64,000 nt of DNA from Thalassobaculaceae bacterium (GTDB lineage: Bacteria; Pseudomonadota; Alphaproteobacteria; Thalassobaculales; Thalassobaculaceae), in the NCBI GenBank assembly GCA_965228875.1, contig OZ245843.1, positions 3,020,616 to 3,084,615 of the forward strand, written 5' to 3'. Shown piece by piece: positions 57,153-64,000 of the stretch. Made by a program: the position numbers and the translations under genes. Below the pieces are notes generated by a model, which did not search any database, had not been told where the DNA came from, and worked only from the letters and a program-made list of their open reading frames with translations. Each line of letters starts with the position of its first letter. Position 1 is the stretch's first letter.

Positions 57153-57947
57153 ATGGGTGACCCGGTTCCGGCGATCGCCGAACACGAGGCGGTCGGCGCC
57201 GTCGCCGAGACCTTCGCCGACATCAAGGCGACGCTTGGCGTGCCGGTGGTGAACCTGATCTGGCGTCATCTGGCGACGATCGACGGCGGCCTCGACTGGG
57301 CCTGGGCAGCGGCCAGGCCGATCTATGCGAGCGGCCAGGCGGCAGCGTCGGCGGAGACCCTGTTCGCGCGGTTACCGGTGGCGATGCCCGAACCGCTCCC
57401 GTCCGGCGCCCTCGAGGCGGTCGGCGTCGCCGATGCGGACATCGCCACGGTCCGGGCCATCGCGGCCGGCTACAACCGCGGAAACGGGCTGAACCTGCTC
57501 GCCCTCGGCGCCCTGGTCGTGCCGCCGGCGGGTCCGGTACCGGATGGCACCGGGTCGCCGGGAGATCCGTCGGCACCGATCCCGAAGGTCTTGTCCCAAG
57601 GCGAGGTCGAGCCGCATGTCTGGGACCTGGTGACCGCACTCAACCGGCTCGGCGCCCGCCCGGACGAGCCGATCGTCGCGACCATGTACCGCCACCTCGC
57701 CTATTGGCCGGGCCTGCTCGCCCTGATGCATGCGGGCTTCGCCCCGCTGGAGGCCGATGGCCGGCTGCGCACCGCCATCGCCACCACCCGGTCGATGGCA
57801 CTGTCCGAATCCGCCCGGCTCGCCCATCTCCGCACCGACGCCGGCCCCGCTCCGCAGGCCGCCATCGCCGCGATCGAGGAGTTCGCCGAGCACGTCATCG
57901 CCCGAATGGTGCCGATCTGCCTCGCCTTCTCCCGCTGGGTCCGGTGA
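57153..57947 (+). CDS. Hypothetical protein with DehI-like internal duplication
   Basis: [25 protein letters not shown] and a second repeat [21 protein letters not shown]. Confidence 0.6.
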   Translation: MGDPVPAIAEHEAVGAVAETFADIKATLGVPVVNLIWRHLATIDGGLDWAWAAARPIYASGQAAASAETLFARLPVAMPEPLPSGALEAVGVADADIATVRAIAAGYNRGNGLNLLALGALVVPPAGPVPDGTGSPGDPSAPIPKVLSQGEVEPHVWDLVTALNRLGARPDEPIVATMYRHLAYWPGLLALMHAGFAPLEADGRLRTAIATTRSMALSESARLAHLRTDAGPAPQAAIAAIEEFAEHVIARMVPICLAFSRWVR

Positions 57948-58060
57948 CACTCGGGACGCCGCCGGACGCTCCCCCTTGCGGGCGGCAGCGCGGGTGGAGG
58001 ACGCGGCGGCGGGCTTGCCCCCGATGTTCGTGCGCGCTTTGATCACGGCAGGGAGGAAGC

Positions 58061-59710
58061 ATGCTCGACCCGGCCGCCACGTATGAGGAGGCGCGCGCCC
58101 GATTTCGCTGGCGCGTGCCGGCGCGATACAACATCGGCGTCGACGTCTGCGACCGCCACGCCGAGGCCGGCGCCGGCACGGCCCTGATCTACGTTGATGC
58201 CGATGGCCGCGCTCTCGCGCTTTCCTTCGGCGACCTGAAGCGCGCCTCGAACCGTCTGGCGAACGTCCTGAGCGCGGCCGGCCTCGGCCGCGGCGACCGG
58301 GTGGCGATTCTCCTGCCGCAGCGTCCCGAGACCGCCATCGCCCACATCGCCGCCCACAAGGCCGGCACGGTCTCGGTCCCGCTGTTCACCCTGTTCGGCG
58401 AGGACGCACTGCTGTACCGGCTGTCGGACTGTGGTGCCTCCGCCCTGATCGCCGACCGCGAGAGCCTGCCCAAGATCGAGGCGATCCGCGACCGCCTGCC
58501 GGATCTCAAGCTCGTCCTGATCGCCGACGAGACCGTGCACGGACCCGACTGGCAGGCCTACGGACCGACCCTCGACGCCGCCTCCGACAGGTTCGTCCCG
58601 GTCGACACCGCGGCCGACGACCCGGCGATCATCATCTACACCTCCGGCACCACCGGACCGCCCAAGGGCGCGCTGCACGCCCACCGAGTCCTGCTCGGGC
58701 ACCTGCCGGGGGTCGAGTTCCCGCAGGAGTTCTTCCCGAAACCGGGCGACCGGTTCTGGACACCCGCGGACTGGGCCTGGATCGGCGGCCTGATCGACGT
58801 GCTGCTGCCGTCCCTGCATCACGGGGTGCCGGTGGTCGCGCACCGTTTCGCCAAGTTCGATCCGGAACAGGCCTTCCACTTCATCGCCCGCCACGGGGTG
58901 CGCAACGCGTTCCTGCCGCCGACGGCGCTCAAGATGATGCGCCAGGTGCCGGACGCCCGCTGCCCGACCATGCGCTCCATCGGCTCCGGCGGCGAGTCCC
59001 TGGGGGCGGAGTTGCTGGACTGGGGGCGGCGCACCTTCGGATTCACCATCAACGAATTCTACGGCCAGACCGAATGCAACCTCGTCGTGGGCAACTGCGC
59101 CTCGGTCATGGAGGTGCGTCCGGGATCCATGGGCAGGCCGATCCCCGGCCACGACGTCGCCATCGTCGATCCAGACGGCAGCCCCCTGCCGGCGGGCGAG
59201 ACCGGGGCCATCGCGGTGCGGCGCGGCGATCCGGTGATGTTCCTCGAGTACTGGAACCAACCGGAGGCGACGGCGGCCAAGTTCGTCGGCGGCGCGGATG
59301 GCGGTGAGTGGATGCTGACGGGCGATCTCGGCCGGGCCGACGACGACGGCTACCTGCATTATGTCGGGCGCGACGACGACGTCATCACCTCCGCGGGCTA
59401 CCGGATCGGCCCCGGCGAGATCGAGGACTGCCTGATGGCCCACCCGGCGGTGGCGCTGGCGGCGGCCATCGGCGTGCCCGACCCGCTGCGCACCCAGGCG
59501 GTGAAGGCCTGCATCGTGCTGGCCGACGGCACCGAGCCGAGCGAGGCCCTCAGACGCGAGATCCAGACCCATGTGAAAACCAGGCTGGCGGCGCACGAAT
59601 ATCCCCGTATCGTCGAGTTCGTCGACGCACTGCCGATGACCACCACCGGAAAGATCATGCGCCGGGTGCTGCGCGACCGGCACGACAACCCCGAGGGAGA
59701 GACCCCGTGA
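58061..59710 (+). CDS. Acyl-CoA synthetase (AMP-forming)
   Basis: YTSGTTGPPKG, ADWAWIGG, EFYGQTE, TGD, GRDDD, TGKI. Confidence 0.93.
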   Translation: MLDPAATYEEARARFRWRVPARYNIGVDVCDRHAEAGAGTALIYVDADGRALALSFGDLKRASNRLANVLSAAGLGRGDRVAILLPQRPETAIAHIAAHKAGTVSVPLFTLFGEDALLYRLSDCGASALIADRESLPKIEAIRDRLPDLKLVLIADETVHGPDWQAYGPTLDAASDRFVPVDTAADDPAIIIYTSGTTGPPKGALHAHRVLLGHLPGVEFPQEFFPKPGDRFWTPADWAWIGGLIDVLLPSLHHGVPVVAHRFAKFDPEQAFHFIARHGVRNAFLPPTALKMMRQVPDARCPTMRSIGSGGESLGAELLDWGRRTFGFTINEFYGQTECNLVVGNCASVMEVRPGSMGRPIPGHDVAIVDPDGSPLPAGETGAIAVRRGDPVMFLEYWNQPEATAAKFVGGADGGEWMLTGDLGRADDDGYLHYVGRDDDVITSAGYRIGPGEIEDCLMAHPAVALAAAIGVPDPLRTQAVKACIVLADGTEPSEALRREIQTHVKTRLAAHEYPRIVEFVDALPMTTTGKIMRRVLRDRHDNPEGETP

Positions 59711-60303
59711 GCCTGCACATCGACTACTACATCACCCCGTCCAGCCCCTGGAGCTATCTCGGTTCCGGCCGGTTCCTCGACATCGTGCGGCAGACCGGGG
59801 CCACGGTCGGCGTCCACGCGGTCGATTTCGGCGCGGTTTTCTCCGTCTCCGGCGGCCTGCCGTTGCCGAAGCGCGCGCCGCAGCGCCAGGCCTATCGCTG
59901 GATGGAGATGAAGCGCTGGCGCGACAAGCTCGGCATTCCCCTGGTGCTGGAGCCGAAGGCGTTCCCGGTGACCAACCCCATCGCCTCGCAAGCGATCATC
60001 GCCGCCCGCGAGACCGGCGCCGACGCCCTGGCGCTGAGCGACGCGCTGCTCACCGCCCTGTGGCGCGACGACCGCGACACCGGCGATCCCGAGGTGGTCA
60101 AGGACGTCGCCGACGGCCTCGGCCTGGACGGTGCCGCCCTGATCGCGGCCGGGCCGAGCTACGCCGAGCGGATGCAGGCGGACACCCAGAAGGCGATCGA
60201 TGCCGGCGTGTTCGGCGCGCCGAGCTACGTGCTGCCGGACGGCGAGATCTTCTGGGGGCAGGACCGCATCGACCTGCTGCGCTGGCGGCTCGGGCTGGAG
60301 TGA
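59707..60303 (+). CDS. 2-hydroxychromene-2-carboxylate isomerase / kappa-GST family
   Basis: IDYY..PSSPWSYLG, GVFGAPSY, FWGQDRID; GTGA overlap. Confidence 0.88.
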   Translation: MSLHIDYYITPSSPWSYLGSGRFLDIVRQTGATVGVHAVDFGAVFSVSGGLPLPKRAPQRQAYRWMEMKRWRDKLGIPLVLEPKAFPVTNPIASQAIIAARETGADALALSDALLTALWRDDRDTGDPEVVKDVADGLGLDGAALIAAGPSYAERMQADTQKAIDAGVFGAPSYVLPDGEIFWGQDRIDLLRWRLGLE

Positions 60304-60308
60304 GGAGG

Positions 60309-61142
60309 ATGCCCGCGGAACCGGTCATCACCGTCATCACCGACGAGGTCAGCCAGGACCTGGACACGGTCCTGGACTTCATGGCCGAGCATGCGGTTAC
60401 CCATGTCGACATCCGCGCCGTCGACGACCGCAACGTCATCCTGTTCGACGACGGGGAACTGGCCCGGCTCGCCGACCGGCTGGCGGCGGCGGGGCTCACG
60501 GTGAACTGCTACTGCTCGCCGCTCCTGAAATGGACACGGCCGGGCATGCCGGTTCCGGTGGGCACCAACTTCCACGGCTTCGACCCCAACGCCATGAGCC
60601 ACGAGACCGCCATGGTCCATGCCTTCGAGGTGGCGAGCGCGCTCGGCGCGTCGCAGGTCCGGGTCTTCTCGTATCTCGCCTATCCGGGCTTCACCCCGGC
60701 CGACCTGGACGACGATCTCGGCGTTCTGCTCGACCTCGCCGAGGCCAATGGGGTCGATCTGGTGCTCGAGAACGAGCATGTCTGCAATGTCGCCACACTG
60801 GCCGACATCGCCGCCGTCCATGCCCGCCTGCAGCATCCGCGCCTCAAGGCGGCGATCGACATCGCCAATCAGCTCGCCGCCGGCCACCCGCCGCCGAGCG
60901 AGGACGAGATCGTCGCCGTCGCCCGCCTCGGCGGCACCGTGCACGTCAAGGACATGGACGCGAGCCGGACCAACGTGCCGGTCGGTCAGGGCACGATCGA
61001 CCATGCCGGTAGCCTGCGCACCATCCTCGCCGCCGCCCCCGGACCGGAGCTGGCGATCGCTCTTGAGACCCACATGCCCCATGACGGCGTCCGGGCCACC
61101 GCGGCGTCGCTGGAGGCATTGCGGGCCATGCTCGTCACCTGA
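60309..61142 (+). CDS. Sugar phosphate isomerase/epimerase (TIM barrel)
   Basis: ITDEVSQD, VRVFSY, LENE, DIAN, VHVKD, LETH. Confidence 0.85.
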   Translation: MPAEPVITVITDEVSQDLDTVLDFMAEHAVTHVDIRAVDDRNVILFDDGELARLADRLAAAGLTVNCYCSPLLKWTRPGMPVPVGTNFHGFDPNAMSHETAMVHAFEVASALGASQVRVFSYLAYPGFTPADLDDDLGVLLDLAEANGVDLVLENEHVCNVATLADIAAVHARLQHPRLKAAIDIANQLAAGHPPPSEDEIVAVARLGGTVHVKDMDASRTNVPVGQGTIDHAGSLRTILAAAPGPELAIALETHMPHDGVRATAASLEALRAMLVT

Positions 61143-61231
61143 CCCCGCTCCGCACGGAACCTCTTGATCGGACAGGGCGGACGCGGTTGAGTGGCGCCGG
61201 TTGGGGGTACCGCCACGTCCGGAGTCCGATC

Positions 61232-61630
61232 ATGCCGACCGCCCGCAAGACCGCCACCCTGCTCGTCTTCTGCGCCGCCCTGCTCGCCGCCTGCGGGTCC
61301 GACCGTGCGGAACTGGCCAAGCTCGCCCCGTACGGCGCCGAGCCGCGGGACAAATGCGGCGAGACCACCCACGGCGTCACGCTCGAGGACCTGGACGACG
61401 ATGTCGAGGACTGGACCGTCGAGGAGGCCCGCGAGGAACTCGGCCCGCCCCATCTCCTGACGATCCAGGGCGCGATCCGCCGGGCCGGCTGGTACGACAT
61501 CACGCTCGGCAAGCAGACCTGCGGCACCCTGCTGGAAATCCTGGAACGCGGCGACCAGCGGATCGTCACCGTCCGCGACCTGAAGTCCCACGAGATCTGG
61601 GGCGTCCTCGACGGCAAGTTCCCGGAGTAG
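61232..61630 (+). CDS. Hypothetical lipoprotein
   Basis: Lipobox LAAC; GC3-rich codons; GGAG RBS. Confidence 0.7.
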   Translation: MPTARKTATLLVFCAALLAACGSDRAELAKLAPYGAEPRDKCGETTHGVTLEDLDDDVEDWTVEEAREELGPPHLLTIQGAIRRAGWYDITLGKQTCGTLLEILERGDQRIVTVRDLKSHEIWGVLDGKFPE

Positions 61631-61786
61631 GCAGATGGTTCCCCGCGCGCGGCAGGACCAGGGGCGCAGGCCGGGACGGCGGATATGCATCGGTGGCCGA
61701 CAGGAAGCCGCCCAAACCCTCGACATCCTCGCGCTTCGGCGTTAGAACCCCGCGCTTCCCGCGCTCTTGCCGTTGAGGTGCCGCCC

Positions 61787-62356
61787 ATGCGCACGCATGC
61801 CGCCGAACGCTCGGCCCTGATCGCCGCCATGGTGGCCATCGGCCTCGTCGTCCTGGTCTCCAACATCGCCGTCGGCTATCCGATCAACGACTGGCTGACC
61901 TGGGGCGCCTTCACCTATCCGGTCGCGTTCCTGGTCACCGACCTGTCGAACCGGATCCTCGGCCCGGCCGCCGCCCGGCGCGTGGTCTATGCCGGTTTCG
62001 CGGTCGGCGTGCTGCTGTCGCTGTACTTCGCCGATCCGCGCATCGCCGCGGCCAGCGGCGGCGCCTTCCTGATCGCGCAACTGCTGGACGTGTGGATCTT
62101 CAACCGACTGCGCCGGGGCACCTGGTGGCGCGCGCCCCTGGTCTCCTCCCTGATCGCCTCGGCGGTCGACACCGCGATCTTCTTCTCCGCCGCCTTCGCC
62201 ATGACCGGCCTGCCCTGGGTCACCTGGGCGATGGGCGACTACGGCGCGAAGCTGGCCATGGCCGCGCTCCTGCTGGTGCCGTTCCGGCTGCTGGTCGGTC
62301 TGCTGCCGGCCGAGTGGCGCGACGTCGAGGCGGAGATGCCGTCCCGGGCCGCCTGA
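61787..62356 (+). CDS. Queuosine precursor transporter (YhhQ/VUT family)
   Basis: TWGAFTYPVAFLVTD, RIAAAS..AFLIAQLLD, VDTAIFF; directly upstream of queA-tgt. Confidence 0.88.
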   Translation: MRTHAAERSALIAAMVAIGLVVLVSNIAVGYPINDWLTWGAFTYPVAFLVTDLSNRILGPAAARRVVYAGFAVGVLLSLYFADPRIAAASGGAFLIAQLLDVWIFNRLRRGTWWRAPLVSSLIASAVDTAIFFSAAFAMTGLPWVTWAMGDYGAKLAMAALLLVPFRLLVGLLPAEWRDVEAEMPSRAA

Positions 62357-62368
62357 GGGCGCGCCCGC

Positions 62369-63421
62369 ATGCGCGTCGATCTCTTCGACTACGACTTGCC
62401 GGAGGATCGGATCGCCCGTTTCCCGGCCCGGCCAAGGGAGTCCGCCCGTCTGCTCGACCTGACCGGCGGCGGGCGCGATGAGCACGTCTGGGCGGACCGA
62501 CATGTCCGCGACCTGCCCGACCTGCTGCGTCCGGGAGACCTGCTGATCTCCAACGACACCCGCGTCATCCCCGCCCGCCTGAAGGGCAGGCGGGGCGAGG
62601 CCGGAGTCGAGGTCACCCTGCACAAGCGGGATGGGGAGAGCGTCTGGCGCGCCTTTGCCCGTCCGGCGAAAAAGCTGCGCCCCGGCGACCGGATCGACTT
62701 CGCCGACGGGTTCGCCGCCGACGTGTCAGAGAAGGGCGAGGCCGGCGAGGTCACGCTCGTCTTCGACCGGGCGGGTCCGGACCTGATGCGGGCGCTGGAG
62801 GCTCACGGCACCATGCCGCTGCCGCCCTACATCAAACGTGCCGCCGACGAGGGTGCCAAGGATTCCGAGGACTATCAGACCGTCTTCGCCGCCCGCGACG
62901 GCGCCGTCGCGGCCCCGACCGCAGGGCTGCACTTCACCCCCGCACTACTGGAAGCGGTGGAGGCGATGGGGGTGAAACGGGCGCTGGTCACGCTGCATGT
63001 AGGGGCCGGCACCTTCCTGCCGGTGAAGGCGGACGACACCGACGATCACGTCATGCATTCGGAGTGGGGCGAGATCCCGGCGGAGACGGCACGGGCGATC
63101 GCCGAGACCCGCGCCGCCGGCGGCCGCATCGTGGCGACCGGGACCACGACCCTGCGGGTGCTGGAGGCGGCGGCGCGGGAGGACGGCACGGTGCCCGCGT
63201 GGTCCGGCGACACCGACCTTTTCATCACCCCCGGCTACCGGTTCAAGGCGGTGGACCTGCTGCTGACCAACTTTCACCTGCCGAAATCGACCCTGCTGAT
63301 GCTGGTCAGCGCCTTCGCCGGCCGGGAGCGTATCCTCGCCGCCTACGACCACGCGATCGCGGCGGGCTACCGCTTCTTCTCCTACGGCGACGCCTGCCTG
63401 CTGGAAAGGACCGCGCCATGA
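62369..63421 (+). CDS. queA: SAM:tRNA ribosyltransferase-isomerase
   Basis: [53 protein letters not shown]. Confidence 0.97.
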   Translation: MRVDLFDYDLPEDRIARFPARPRESARLLDLTGGGRDEHVWADRHVRDLPDLLRPGDLLISNDTRVIPARLKGRRGEAGVEVTLHKRDGESVWRAFARPAKKLRPGDRIDFADGFAADVSEKGEAGEVTLVFDRAGPDLMRALEAHGTMPLPPYIKRAADEGAKDSEDYQTVFAARDGAVAAPTAGLHFTPALLEAVEAMGVKRALVTLHVGAGTFLPVKADDTDDHVMHSEWGEIPAETARAIAETRAAGGRIVATGTTTLRVLEAAAREDGTVPAWSGDTDLFITPGYRFKAVDLLLTNFHLPKSTLLMLVSAFAGRERILAAYDHAIAAGYRFFSYGDACLLERTAP

Positions 63422-64000
63422 GTATGGGCTTCGAGACCTGGGCCACGGATGGCGCCGCCCGACGCGGCCGGCTGACGCTCGCCCACGGCACCGTCGAGAC
63501 CCCCGCCTTCATGCCGGTCGGTACGGCGGCGACGGTGAAGGCGATGCGGCCGGAATCCGTGTCCGAGACGGGTGCCGAGATCCTGCTGGGCAACACCTAC
63601 CATCTGATGCTGCGCCCCACCGCCGAGCGGATCGCCGAGTTGGGCGGGCTGCACAGGTTCATGAACTGGGACAAGCCGATCCTGACGGATAGCGGCGGGT
63701 TCCAGGTCATGTCGCTTGCCGGGCGGCGCAAGCTCGACAGGGACGGGGTCACGTTCCAGAGCCATATCGACGGCAGCAGGCACCGGCTGACCCCGGAGCG
63801 ATCGATCGAGATCCAGCACCTGCTCGGCTCCGACATCACCATGGCGTTCGACGAGTGCACGCCGCATCCCGCCACCCACGAGCAGGCGGCGGAATCCATG
63901 CGCCTGTCGATGAAATGGGCGGCGCGGTCGAAGGACGCCTTCACCGACCGGCCAGGGCACACCCTGTTCGGTATCGTGCAGGGCAGCGTCTATGACGACC
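63418..64000 (+). CDS. tgt: tRNA-guanine(34) transglycosylase, 3' truncated by window
   Basis: Translation from ATG 63418: [36 protein letters not shown]. Confidence 0.96.
   Translation, partial: MSMGFETWATDGAARRGRLTLAHGTVETPAFMPVGTAATVKAMRPESVSETGAEILLGNTYHLMLRPTAERIAELGGLHRFMNWDKPILTDSGGFQVMSLAGRRKLDRDGVTFQSHIDGSRHRLTPERSIEIQHLLGSDITMAFDECTPHPATHEQAAESMRLSMKWAARSKDAFTDRPGHTLFGIVQGSVYDD

Noticed and set aside
54974..57226. Apparent 750-aa fusion, and similar extensions at 1290-2753 and 21520-23877
   Set aside because: The N-terminal parts are off-frame readings of the upstream genes; separate downstream starts exist.
61631..61786. preQ1 riboswitch upstream of yhhQ
   Set aside because: No recognisable preQ1 stem-loop with A-rich tail; a covariance search would be needed to exclude it fully.

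Overview
GC-rich chromosomal segment of an alphaproteobacterium. The gene set (three-gene pntAA/AB/B, ccoNOQPGHIS, rne-amiC, PAS_5 protein) suggests Rhodospirillales; this is an inference. Content is mostly housekeeping and accessory metabolism: malY-like/D-cysteine desulfhydrase, tRNA-Arg(CCT), rlmI, transhydrogenase, an Fnr/hemerythrin/cbb3 oxidase cluster with a perfect FNR box, an ATPase-less peptide-type ABC operon, glcB, hemH, rne, amiC, hppD/MarR, and a yhhQ-queA-tgt queuosine cluster. No prophage, integrase, transposase or CRISPR was seen. Three signals stand out. (1) An orphan histidine kinase whose N-terminus carries all seven ethylene-binding residues of the plant ETR1 receptor in gap-free register, divergent from malate synthase and followed by a PilZ gene. 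(2) A ~115-bp bipartite palindromic MITE-like element in 8 copies, whose ends often coincide with stop codons of neighbouring genes. (3) Two different tandem-repeat arrays flanking one 2OG-Fe(II) oxygenase gene. All calls were made by eye from motifs; no database searches were run.
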